Source: Microbotryum violaceum
Lineage: Eukaryota
Direction: 5' to 3'
NCBI GenBank assembly: GCA_001244265.2
Contig: LN717261.1
Coordinates: 124,001 to 188,000, forward strand
Length of the DNA stretch: 64,000 nucleotides
The notes beneath the pieces are model-generated. The model saw nothing but the letters and a program-made list of their open reading frames with translations, was not told the origin of the DNA and made no database searches. The translations under genes were made by a program, and so were the position numbers. Shown here one piece after another: positions 12,620 to 25,048 of this stretch (positions are counted from its first letter, which is position 1; the number at the start of each line of letters is the position of its first letter).

Positions 12620-14336
12620 ATGCCCGACCTCCCCGTCGAGATCATCCGATTCGTCCTGGCTCTTTCGGACGAGACCAACTACGACGACGAGTACGGTTTC
12701 TCCCAAGCGAAGGGTTTTGGTCCAGATCGTGGGCAATTTCATTCCTGAACCGTATCGCGTCGCAACAGTGAACCCAACAGATTATCTTACGGCTGGTGGA
12801 CGAGCTGGTGTCGCGTTAGTCGCACGTGGTGCGCCTGGGTCAGTCAAAAACCTTCTCATTCCGTGGTGTGTGCGCACCAACTTACGGCCAGCTGACCCAA
12901 TGTACTCACCACCAGATTCAACCCATCCTATATCGACATGTCAGACTCCGAGATTGGGACTCGCTCTACCGGTTTCAAGACATGCTCCAGATGATCGATC
13001 CCCTTGTTTCCCCGCGCTCATCACTTGGGACGACTCGTGCACAGCTTCGATTTCAGGCCGATTCACGAACCGACGACGTCGGTGTCAGACGTCTGGCGAC
13101 TCCTTCCCTTTGAAAAGATCGTAAGCCACTGCACGGCCCTCAAGAGTGTCACGCTGAACGTCTACGCGATGCCGAGTCGGAAGTCGTGGAGGGTCTGGCA
13201 CCGCGCGCTCGACAGGCATGCCGCCGTGGCTTCGCCCATTAAAAGTCTGAGCTGCAGTCTCCCCTTCACGAGTGAAGCCCTCAAGCTGTTTGCATGCCTG
13301 GGCTCCGAGCTGCAAGAACTCGTCGTACGAGGCTGGGAAGATGAAACGACAACGTCAGCCCCGGACGTGGAACAAGAACTCTACCACATCTTGCGCATGA
13401 ACGCTTTGTTGGTTCGTCTAAAGCGTTATTCGCTGTCCGCCCCGCGCTGTTCACTCTAGAGATGCTAAGCTTCCGCCGTACCTGTGTTTGCAGCCGAGTG
13501 CGAGGACCGGTGTCGTAACGTTCGGACTGCGCAAGATCTCTTTCTTCGCTGAGGGCTTCGTCAGCGCGGCGTTCATTCAGTCGCTTCCGTTCATAGCTCC
13601 CCAGCTAGAGGAGTGAGTAGGGTTCGAATTGCCCCTGCCCATTGTATGCTTCTGCATGTATTCATAACGGCCCGCCTAACCTTCATTTACTTGGCACCTC
13701 GCGTAGACTACACATCGCAGAGGAGGTGGAAATCCTCGAAGCCGACGACAACAATCGGGGCAGTGACCTCACCTTCCGTGACTTGATCGCGTCCCTCCCC
13801 CCGAGTATGAAGAGCTTCAAGATCTACGCCAGCCACGATGCTCACTTGAACCTCGGAACATTCGAGGGTCTCGGGGCCCACATTCCAGGACTTATGCATT
13901 TGGGAGGTCGTTCGCACTACTTTAAGTACGTGCTTCACCTTCATGAGCCTCGCTTGACTTTGCTCGCCAGTAGTTTCGATGTCCATCGAGCCGGCCCTGA
14001 CCCCCTCTCAATCTGCTTGACATTCGCAGTCATGACATGTTGATCGCCCTTGCCGAATACGGTAAGGTGAGTTCATTGTGCATCCATTCGACGAGGAGGG
14101 GTGACGAGGTATCTGCTCGCTACGAGGACGAGGACGACAAGCGCGCGGTGTACCGAGATGAGACGCTCGACTCGCGCGCGGCGGTGCAAGAGATGGGGGC
14201 GGTGGCGAGGGATATGATGGTGCATGGGATGAGTTGGAGACAAGAGGATGACCACGAAAAGTCTGGAGTGATTGATAGGACAATGAGGCTTGCGAGGGGC
14301 CGAGCTCAGAGAAGGGATGCTGCTGAGAGTGGGTGA
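12620..14336 (+). CDS. F-box / LRR-like protein (multi-exon)
   Basis: MPDLPVEIIRFVL...CRVSRTW...IQPILYRHVRL...LGRLVHSFDF, followed by LKSVTL and LQELVV repeats. Confidence 0.65.
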
Positions 14337-14923
14337 AGAAGCTGTTGGGAAAGAAGATCGAGTCGAGCCCGACTGGGTCTGAGTGGGATATGTTTAGCTA
14401 CAGAGATTGGCCAGCTATGCGGGTATTGATACGCCAACACGGATAAAATTGAGAGCTAGTCTTTTTTCGACCCGTGAACGAGTCTCTCGAGATGACCGTC
14501 ATTCGGACTCCGAGCAAGCCCGCTTGAGCGTTCCAGGCAGGACATGCTCCTGTCCTCGTTTCCTTGAGGATCTCCAGAAACCATATCTCCAACCTAAGGT
14601 AAGAGAAGGAGCGCAGAACACCTTGTAGCAAGGAGCGTGGGGCGAGCTAAAGCAAAGTCCGAGAGGAGGGAGGTCCCCTGTCCGCTGCGCGTCGATCACG
14701 GCTTGGGCTCTGATCCCCACCTCGATCTGGCTCGGATTTGGAAGTACGGTGGTGTTACGCAGCGTCATTGTCGAACATTATGCGGTGAAACAGGGTCTCC
14801 AAAATAGTATGTTAGCTATTACACTGATTTGATCTAAGTCGCTGTAGCTGTAGTGCCTCAGGAGCTGGCTTGCTAGGCTGGATCGGCGATGCTGACACTG
14901 TCCTGTACGACGCATACCACCAG

Positions 14924-17850
14924 ATGAACGCCAGCATGTCAGCACCATGGAAGATGCAGCAACAACTAGGGCATCGACCATCTCTGCACCTCACCTCCAC
15001 AGCAGGCCTGCCACGCGGTTATGGACGCTCGACACTGAGCTTTGCACCACGTCGCGTCTCGTCCATGGCTCGCCCCCGCCTCGTGCCCGTCTCGATGACG
15101 ACCAGGATCATGTACCACCCTGCGACGTTCCTTCTTCACCTCGGTGGCATCACGCTGGGGACCATGCTGGTGCCTGGTATTGCGACGCGACGTCAACTCG
15201 CATCAAACGCCGCCAATGACACGGACACAGCTGCTTCATCGACGACAGCAGCTACGGCTGCACCCCCGAGACCACTCGTTGATGAGCGAATACATCCTTC
15301 ACCTACACCCAGGCAGCTCATCAACCTGGCCAACTCGCTGCGTCGTCAGTTCCACGCTCCTTCCGGCAGTCTCACCCCATCGGAGCTGCAGAGCCCAACG
15401 GACCCCGAATCAGTCGTGCCACTACCTTATGACGCGTGTTTCACTCTACGACAACTCCACATGACGATGCAACGACCCCACATCACGCTGCCGTCCACGC
15501 ACATCTACGGCTACTCGATGCCATTGCCGACCCTCAAGCCCGAGAAATGGGTCTGGCGACTACCGGCGACGTGCGCCTTGCATGCGATGCTGCGTCATCT
15601 CCTTCATCGTCGTCGGAACAACGAGAAATTGAGGGAAATGCTCGAGCCTCTCATCGTTCAACTTGTGCAACACGCGCTGTACTGGGACGGCTTGATCTGG
15701 GCCGCGGTCGTCAAGTCCCGAGGCTCCGAAGCGCAAATCGAGTGGTGGTGGCTCTTTGAGAAGCTCAGAGGCAACATTACTGGAGAGGGCGTCAACGAGG
15801 ACGTCGGTATACTCTCTACTATTTCGTCGGGGCAAGTGATCGAAACGACGACTCCGCACAGCTTGCAGCGATCGACCGAGATGCCACTCGCGGCTCCCTC
15901 GGACGCTGCCACCCGCTCGCGCAAGCGGAGATCCCCCGCACACCGGAGACGAGTCGAGAGACGGCGAGTCGAGATGTCGATGAACCCACAGAATATGCGA
16001 CAGAGTCAGCTCGATCAAGCTGATCTCCACAGTGTCGAAGTGCTCGGTCAGTTCTGCGAGCCCACCTCGGCCGCGGCGGCAGATCTCACGCCGCATCCGC
16101 TCTCCTCCATCCCGCTCCCTACCCTTGAGCTCGTTTTCGACTGCCTGGCTCGATCGCCATCGTCATCGACCCGGTCTTCGGCCCTGTCGATCGCACTCTC
16201 GATGTCGAACCTCTCGTTCCGACGATCGGCGCGTTTCCACTTCCAAGCATTCGATCTCGCGCTTGCGCTCGGCCGACCCGACCATGCGGCTCGATTTTGG
16301 TCCGATTGGCTAGTGCAGTCTCCGTATCATTCATCTGGTTCGACGCGAAGAAGACTGGCGAACGAGTTGACTCGATTGAAACCTCATCTGCGGGCATCCA
16401 GGGAAGAGTTCTCGAGCGAGTTGGGCCAGAAACAACTGTCCGCGATGGCGACTCTGACGCGAGCATTACATCTCGAGTGGTCACGGCGTAACGCGGCATC
16501 CGACGCAGAACGGCCACTGGTCGAGTCTCTCCTCTTGGACTTGGTAGGATCATTCCCCGCCTCGATCAAACAGATTGCGGTCGAAGGTCAGAGCGAGTAC
16601 CGTCGCATTCATCGACTCCATTCGGCCGTTTTTTCGATGACTCGTCAAGTTATGCTCGAGGTCTTATCATCCCTCTTGGGTCGTCAAGTCATTTCCGGTG
16701 CCTCAGTGACGGACCCAGCAGAATTAGGACCACCTTTGTTACCATCAGGCTCCGAGTCATGTCCGCCGCATCGGCTCGACATTTTCACTTTCAACGTCCT
16801 CATCACCTACGCCTTGCGTCAACTGCAATCATACCCCATCGCATCCGAGCTTGTTTCCAAGCTCCGTCAACTTGGCCTCACACCCACGGCGACGACGCAC
16901 AATCTCCTCTTCGAGACCTTACTACACTCGGACCTCGACCCTCTTGAAGCCATCAAGTCAGGTCAAATCCCCAACAACGACCATACGTGGTCGCTACTCC
17001 TCTCTCATCTCGCGCGGACAAAGCAAGCCCATCGAATCGACGAGGTCGTCTTCTACCTGCTACCCGAATTGGATCATTCTTCCGTCGTAGGGAATATCAA
17101 GCCGGAAATCGAACCGACACCCCGAGGGAGGGTCGAGGAGCAGAGTTTTACACGGTGCTTTTGTCTGCTCTGGTTAAGTTGCGCAAGACGGGATTGGCGG
17201 AGAGGGTGTTTAGGCACGCGAGATGGGCGGCGCAACGTTCGCGTCAGACCCGGCCAGTGGTGGAGACGCAAGTTGAAGCCGAGCCAATTGCTCGGAGTGT
17301 TCGACGAAGGGGTAAAACGACCATCGAGTCTACACCAGCGACTTCACCATCTCCCGTTCGAGTCAAGCCTTGGGTACTCCCCCCCGCGGCCTATATCTCT
17401 ATGCTCCTCCTCTACTCGAACGAAGCGCAACACCCTCACCACTCCCTGGAAGCAGGTCACACTCCACACCCGCGTACATTCGTTAAAGGCTGGGGCCGTC
17501 GACCTTTACGTATTCATACCCAAAAAGCCCGGCAACATGAGCTCGAAACCAAATTCGGATCCTCCTTCGCTTCTTCCCGACCACGACAAACGCGCTCAAT
17601 CGACGTCTCGGGTTATTCAAGAAAGGAAGCCGCTGCGATCGTGGCGATGTATGAATTGGAAGTCTCTTCAAGTGTGGAGGAGATGGAAAGCTTGGTCAAG
17701 GCGATGAAGAGTGATCTTGGGGGGAGGTGTTTGAAGATCTTGTTCCCTGAGATGCAGGACAGCGGTCAAGGGGTCAGGGAAGCGATCAGGAGGATCAGGA
17801 GGAGGAGGAGGGATTTGACGAAGGAGGTGGAGGTTGTGGGAGCGAGATAA
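14924..17850 (+). CDS. PPR-like, probably mitochondrial, helical-repeat protein
   Basis: PPR-like motifs LDIFTFNVLITYALRQ...LGLTPTATTHNLLF and EFYTVLLSALVKLRKTGLAERVF. Two ORFs are joined by a frameshift at the C run 17120-17123. Confidence 0.6.
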
Positions 17851-20533
17851 GTGCAGCAGGTTTTTTGAGGATTTTTTTGCAATGTTGTAAAGCTACACGA
17901 TCGTATGAAACCCCGCATCGTATCGCTTCGTCGGAAGTTTTTGTTGCTCATCTTTCTGGGATGCGCCTCGAGATAAAAGTGGAGGATCATGGCGTGTGCG
18001 CCCCATTGCAACGACTGGTGAAGCTCATTGTCATTTCATCGGGACCCAATTGCGTCATTACGCGGGCACGCGATCCGCGTAAGACTTGTTGAAGCGGTGA
18101 GTTACCTACCAGCAATCACGGTCGAGCTATTTAAGGAAAGAAAAAGTGGGGTCCGAGCCTCGCTCAAGAAGACTCGGTCGGATCTCCTCCGCTCTTACCC
18201 CACTCACGCCAGCTCTAGGCCACATCCTCTTGACCAAAAGCACGGCATTTCGCCTCGACGTATGTAAGTCCTAGCACCGCCAAAGCCGGCATACTTCTTT
18301 TACAACATAGTCTGCCTCTTCCAACGTTCCCAAAGATGATGATGCCCTTGGCCTTGTCTTAGATTTCTTAACATAGCAGTCCACACCTGTTCTCTTCTTT
18401 CATCAAAAGTTGGATCCGCCCATGGTGTCGTCGAGAAGCCAAAAGCCCCACTCCGATCTCCGACCCGACGTTCGAATTTCCGCTGGCGCATAACCTTTCT
18501 CAGTTCCAGTTCTTGTGGTCACTTCTCCGTTGTGACAACGCGCACTTCATATTGCTGGCCATCCTTCATCCTCATGAACTTATTCACATTGTACTCTCCC
18601 TCCTCATCCGCTCGTCATTGGCGCGCCGGCGCCCCTGACCGCTGCCGATGTGTCCGCTCCCTCGCGCACTCTCCCCGCTCGCTATGTCGAAGGCACTGTT
18701 CAGCAACGGAGGAACATCAGTCGGTTCGCTGAGAATTTTTCGCACAGATCTTGCTTTCAATTTTCCTTGAGTCTCCTCTCATCTTACCTCCCAGTTTTCT
18801 TCCAACGACAGGATTTTTCCCACCCCGTAGCAGTCACGAAGATCTCAAGACTGCCTCAATCCAAGCGTGAGTTCGAATTAACCTGATTATTGACCTGATC
18901 CTTCTATTAACCGGTTTCAATGCACTTCCTAGTCCCATGATCGACTCCCACGACTTCCCTTTGCGTGGTTCGAGCTCTCTTGCTACAACGGCACTCGCAC
19001 GGGCGCCCCATCTGCCGCCCTTCGAACATGGCAGTGAGTACGAGTATCGTCTACCATCCTATCCGAGTATGAAGCGTCGTTGCCGGTCCATTTTATGCCG
19101 TTCTTCGGGGTGGGTCCGACTATGACAAGAAAATTCATCTGTCAATATCACTGCCATCCGGACCGATTGCGAGGAAGGCATCTTTTTCCACATGGGCCAC
19201 GAGGCTGAGCTGTTCAACAGCGCTCAGTATATTGCCTCGAGTACCTCATTCTGGCACGTGTTGGGACATAAGTCCTTTGGGTTCCCCTTTTGTTCGGTTA
19301 CGTTTGAAACTGAAAACCACGCGCTCACCTGGCGCAAACCTGCAGGGCAGGATAGCCCCCCCTAATCGCAGCAAGGGACCGATCTGGCATACAACCATAC
19401 CTCTGTTTGTTCGAAAGAAAAGCAATTCTTCACCCCGAGACAACTTTGCTCACCAGAGTTCCGCTACCATTTTTTTTTTCATGACCCTGATCATCGTCAT
19501 CCGTTCATTTCTTCTCGGCCGTTGCCGGAATTCGGATTCCGACAGGAGCCGTTAGACTGTCGCCGGCGAGAACAAATCGTCAGCTTTTGTTATTCTTTTC
19601 TTCTGTACCTTTTTGGCCTCGTCGTGCGATTGCGCATCTTCCTTTTGTTTCCCCTTGGTTTTGCGGAACATAGGCTCGTTTCATTTTGTAGTCAGGATCT
19701 ATGCCGACCGACTCAGATTTGACTCTTCTGCCAGCGTCCTGCAAGTCGACCTCTTTGCGTCGCTCTGCTAGATTCGGTGCACATGTACCATATAAAATCG
19801 CATAGAAAGCGAGCCATACTAACTGTAAGCTCCCCCTTCCGACTTCTGGGTGAAATCCGGCTAGCGACATTTTCCTTCGAACGACAGCGTCCGCCGCACC
19901 AAGAAAAGGACTCAACATGACGGCAGACCCCGCCATGCGCCGCATGAAGCCGAATTCGCTCGACGTTAAGTAGTACCGCATTTCGGTATGGTATAGCAAA
20001 CCGGATGATCAAATATGACATAAGAAGAAAAGTAATGAGGTGTGAATAAGAGCCTGAAGATATAGGAAGCGAGAGCGAGACCCAAAGCGATAGACAGGGG
20101 GCAGTGATCGGAACGAGAGAGCCTGGGAAAGTGGTGTGGAAAGGGGTAGAACTGTTCAATCACCTGGCCCGTGTCAGCTGATTCATGTTGTCATGACCCG
20201 CTCGGCTGAAGGCGCACTACGCTCCTGAGATCGGTGCAATAAGGACGATGCCAAGACGCCTGCACTAAAACCGCTTGTAAAACCGCTTGTCTGGTCGTCG
20301 ACCCCTGAACACGGCAAAACCCTGGCCCGGGCGATGTGCAAATCGGTCCGAACTGGCCCTTCCCACATTGTCCAGCTGACGTCCCCCAAACCGATTTCGG
20401 TCATCCCGACTCCGTGCCATCGCGGACAACTATCGTCTGTTTCCTTTCTTTTCCTGTGTGCCCTCATAACCAAATCTCCACTCATCAAGGTCCCACTTCC
20501 AACGTTTCAAACCTCCAAGCCACGTCACGGAAC

Positions 20534-21157
20534 ATGGTCCGCTTCTATCTCCTTGGACTTGTCGCAGTCGCGCTCGCCTTGCAAGCCTCCTCAGCGCGAA
20601 AAACCTTCGACGAGAAGTGTCGAAGCAAGGCCGACAGGGCCGAAATAACGCCCGTGCGTGCTGGCGGTCGTTTGATGCTACCATTGCCGGTTCCCTGTTG
20701 TGTACGAGCTGACTGCCATGACCTCGTGCTTCCATCGCAGGATTACCCCTTGCTCTGTGTAGTGAGAGCGAACAGAAGTCACGACATCATCTACTATGGC
20801 CAATGCTTGTGTGGAGGCCAGGCTTGGTGGGACACATACGACAGGTGCCTCAAAGACGGTCCGTGCTTGCTTCCTTGAAGACATGAGGCGACTCTTGGTC
20901 TTGGCAATTGCTTACCCGTCATATCTTCGGTTTCGTACTCGGCACTTCAGTTAAGAATCCCAAATGGACGACCTACATCGACAACGACAAGAAGCGTCGC
21001 TGCAACCAGTGCTCCCAGGAATTCAAAGATTCGCCGGACTTCGGTGAGCCTTTTTTGACTTTATCAGGCACGACGAGCCAGCGTTTCGTATGAGGTATAT
21101 GTACGGGAAGTGATGATCTTCTTCATCACCGAAATCGCAGTAGCCATTGGATGCTAA
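20534..21157 (+). CDS. Small secreted 8-Cys protein, candidate effector (115 aa)
   Basis: Exons 20534-20653, 20741-20858, 20951-21043 and 21141-21157, all GT-AG. Signal peptide MVRFYLLGLVAVALALQASS; pattern C..C..CLC..WW..C..RCNQC..GC*. Confidence 0.85.
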
Positions 21158-21239
21158 AGACGAGCAAGTCATAAACCAATGTGTGGCGTTGTAACTTCAC
21201 TGGCGGGGCGTCGGACATTGTGCTGACCAAGCTGTTGGT

Positions 21240-21740
21240 CCTGCACAGGTGACGGCGAGCTCGTATACGTGTCGCAATCTTACGATCGCTTGCATTGTCG
21301 TGGTCGCGCGTGGGGATCTGAAAACCGTCAAATCGAGGTGCACGGTCGATTGCTCGTGCACTGCTGTTTATTAGGGGAAGGCGAAGAGGGGGCCGGGTTG
21401 AGCAGCGACGCGCCCAGCAGCAGGCCCATGGTACGGCGCTACCCTACGACCCGCGTCTCCAAAAAAACCGTCTTGGACCGATTTGTATACCGAATATGGC
21501 TATCCAAGGGGTGTATGTGTTCCGGTGTAAGACCAAATCATCCTTATATTGAAAAAGTTACTTTACCATCAAATTTTACCTCATATAGCATGTTACAAGG
21601 CATAAAGGGCCCAAAAAGTACCAATCTCCGAGACGCTCGTGCACATTGGCCTGAGCTTTTCCGGGTCCTCTTACCCTTGCGCCCAAGTCTTGGCGAGGCT
21701 GCGACGGACCACCACCCTGGGCGACCTTGCGACCGGGCAG
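21240..21740 (-). mobile_element. Helitron fragment interrupted by ~230 bp of AT-richer DNA
   Basis: Matches 55296-55540: gctcgtatacgtgtcgcaat, gcccatggtacggcgctaccct, ccaag.cttggcgagg.tgcga and ggcgaccttg.gaccggg. Confidence 0.75.
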
Positions 21741-22049
21741 TGCGGTTACGGCGGTCTGCGATACGGGTGTGTTTTTTATTTGCTAGACTTCATTAACAGC
21801 ATAATTATATCAATACCTAGAAATCTTCGGAAAAGTCGGATGGAATGCTGTTATGCACACTGGCAGAAGCCAGTAGTGTAAAACTCATTGACCCTGAACC
21901 AGGATCAACCATTCCCACTAAAACCCCCTTTGGTGGCTTACAGAGACACTAGGCGACCCTTGGACTCCTGAACGAAGGCTCGAAGCCCCTCGAAGTCCGT
22001 TTTGGTGATCGGTTCCAGAAGATCCGACAAGGTTCGGCGACGGCGGAGC

Positions 22050-22420
22050 AGCAGGCAAGGGGTCAAGGGGCCGATCAGGAGGAGGGAGTTGAAGGAGGAG
22101 ATGGAGGTTCTGGGAGCGAGATGAGTGGAGCAGGGATTTTAAATCGGGTTCTTGCAATGTTGTAAAGCTACAACTTTATCCCGCAACGTATGGATTCCAT
22201 CCAAAAGCACCGCATTTCGCCTAGTAAGTCGACGTATGGTAAAATGTTCTAGCGCTGCCAAACCCTGCCTTCATTTTATACAGTCTGCTCTGCCTCTTCT
22301 GACCTCCCCTAAGATAATTTTGCCTATAGCCTCGGTTGATATTTTATTCACAGAGCAGTCCACAACTACTTCTTCCTTCATCGAGATTTGGATGCTTTCG
22401 CGGGCCGTTAGGGAGGGAGA
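22050..22420 (+). repeat. Diverged duplicate of the PPR-like gene 3' end and downstream DNA (~17760-18420)
   Basis: Shared ggaggtt.tgggagcgagat, gcaatgttgtaaagctaca, ccaaaagcac.gcatttcgcct and agcagtccaca. Confidence 0.8.
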
Positions 22421-22844
22421 TCATCGATTTTCCTCAGTTCTCTTCGGTGTTAGCAATTTTCGTCATCCCCCTCCTGGTGGCGCAAATTTAGTAGCGCTCA
22501 GACTTAACGGGGACCAGAAGATCCTGTCTTATGTAAACACGCATCGAAACTTGTTCGTGCTCTTCCTCACTGTTCGGACCTTTGGTCGTTCGAGCGGATC
22601 TCGCTTTGACCCCTGAACGCGGCAAAACGCTGACCCGGGCGACGTCCAAATCGATCCAAACCGGCCCTCCCCCACTCCCCCTGTTCAGCTAAAGTGCCCC
22701 AAATTCAGTTCGGTCAGTCCGCCCATACCACCGCGGGTGACTGTCGTCTATTATACTCCCTTTTCCTGTGTACCCTATAACCAAATCTCCACTCATCAAG
22801 GTCCCATTTTCAACGTGTCAAACCTTCAACCCACGCCACGAAAT

Positions 22845-23456
22845 ATGGCTCGCTTCTATCTCCTTGGACTCGTCGCAGTCGCGCTCGCGATCCAAGCCCC
22901 CTCACTCTCACTGGCGTACGAAAACCCGCCCTCAGATTGTCGAAGCGAAGCCGACAAGACCCAAATGATCCCCGTGCGTGCTGGCGTGCTTTTGACATCA
23001 TTGCCGGTTCCCTGTGTTTGCGAACTGACCGCCACGTGATTCTTTCATCGCAGGGTTACTCCCAGCCCTGTGAAACCAGAGCGCACATACCTCACGATGT
23101 TGTCTACTTTGGCCTATGCCTGTGCGTAAGCAAGACCTGGTGGAGAAAATACGACACGTGCCTCAAACGCGGTGCGTGCTTCCTTCCTTGATGATATGAG
23201 GCGATTTGTGGTCTTGACAATTGCTTACACATCATACCTTCGGTGTCATCCTCGGCACTTCAGTGACGGATTCTAGCTGGAAGACCGCCATCGCTGCCGA
23301 TAGGCAACGTCGCTGCAACGACTGCTCCCAGGAGTTCCCACCATCGCCCGGTTCTACCTACCGTAAGCTTTTGTAACTTTCTCAAGCACGACGAGCCAGC
23401 GTTTCATAACGATTTTCTTCTTCATCGTCGGTATAGCCGGAACCTTGGGATGCTAG
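22845..23456 (+). CDS. Small secreted 8-Cys protein, candidate effector (121 aa), paralog of 20534
   Basis: Exons 22845-22973, 23054-23171, 23264-23362 and 23437-23456. Begins MARFYLLGLVAVALAIQA; same 8 Cys and GC* terminus. Confidence 0.85.
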
Positions 23457-23894
23457 TGATGACGAGCGAGTCAAAGACCAGCGTGTAGCGGCCGTGCCGA
23501 TAGGCAACGTCGCTGCAACGACTGCTCCCAGGAGTTCCCACCATCGCCCGGTTCTACCTACCGTAAGCTTTTGTAACTTTCTCAAGCACGACGAGCCAGC
23601 GTTTCATAACGATTTTCTTCTTCATCGTCGGTATAGCCGGAACCTTGGGATGCTAGTGATGACGAGCGAGTCAAAGACCAGCGTGTAGCGGCCGTGCCGA
23701 TAGGCAACGTCGCTGCAACGACTGCTCCCAGGAGTTCCCACCATCGCCCGGTTCTACCTACCGTAAGCTTTTGTAACTTTCTCAAGCACGACGAGCCAGC
23801 GTTTCATAACGATTTTCTTCTTCATCGTCGGTATAGCCGGAACCTTGGGATGCTAGTGATGACGAGCGAGTCAAAGACCAGCGTGTAGCGGCCG
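23295..23894. repeat. Perfect 200-bp tandem triplication
   Basis: tgccgataggcaac...gtgtagcggccg starts at 23295, 23495 and 23695. Confidence 0.95.
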
Positions 23895-25048
23895 ATTCGA
23901 ACCGCTTTGATTCCATCATCTCCCCCTCACCGCCTCATCCGCTTGTTGTCGCCGCTCGTTCCACAGTTTTACCGTTCTAACTGTTCGCCTCTACGAACCC
24001 CACCCTACCGTTACTGACCTCGCTCGTCGTTCTTCGAATCTCCAAATCGCAAAACTAAAGGGCTCGTTCGTGTTCACCTCCTAATGCTCCCTTTAGCCGC
24101 CTTAGCCGCTTCCTCCTATCGGGGCTCGGTCCTTCCCGCTCCGTGCACATTTACTAGGCCACATGCATTTTCGTCGGTAGTTAATTCTGGGTACACATGA
24201 ATTCTCGTTGTTCGCTAATTCCTGGTACACCAAATGCGTGAGTTCACCCGAAGTGCGTTATCTACCGATGAGATGTCTGCTAAGGCCGCTGTAGTCAGTG
24301 GCCTGATGGATCGCCGGATGTACCCTGTCGTCGAGAGGCCGAAGTCCGGAACTTGCTGCCGCTGCAACCACCGTTGGCCTTGACAAGCTAAAGTGACGAG
24401 CTCGACGGGATCCTGAGTACTGTCATGCCATCATAAAATGTGGTCAAACGGCAGTATGGCAGTATTGTAGCATCACTTGGGTTCTCCATTCTGCTCGGAC
24501 TGCAAGGCATATGCCAGCCACTTGTGGGAGGCTGGCTGCTTGTTCGTTGGTTTTCGCCTCAGCTACCTTTCCTCCCCTCTCCTTCTTCATTCGCTCTCGC
24601 ATGAGGACTGACTGTAGTGTCGCTCAGGCCTCTTATAAGCGAGGTTCACAGCGTCTCACCCACCTATCACGATATGTACCACAGCGCAAAAACGGTAATG
24701 CCGAATTAGACTCTGTCGGTGTTTCCTCGTTTCTCCGGTTGCTCCGATTGCGATTGCATTGAGGCCATGGCACTGCGATGATCTGGGCGGGAACCCGCCG
24801 ACGATGATGCAAACCACACTTGAACAAATGCGGAACTCATATGAAGCTATGAAGGCCGAACTCGTATCAAGGCCGAACTCGAATCAAGACCCAACTCAAA
24901 TGAGCGCCGAACCCGGGCCCTCCCGAACCCAAATGAAGGCCGAAGTCGAACTCGACATTCGGTCGTGGACGAGCTTCCCTTCTTTCCCTCCTTCTCATCA
25001 CTTCCCCAAGCCTGATCCTTTCCATCTTTGCGCCTCCTCTATCTTCAC

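Noticed and set aside
19580-20159. ORFs in the duplicated upstream region
   Set aside because: Frames are not preserved in the 7.7-8.8 kb copy.
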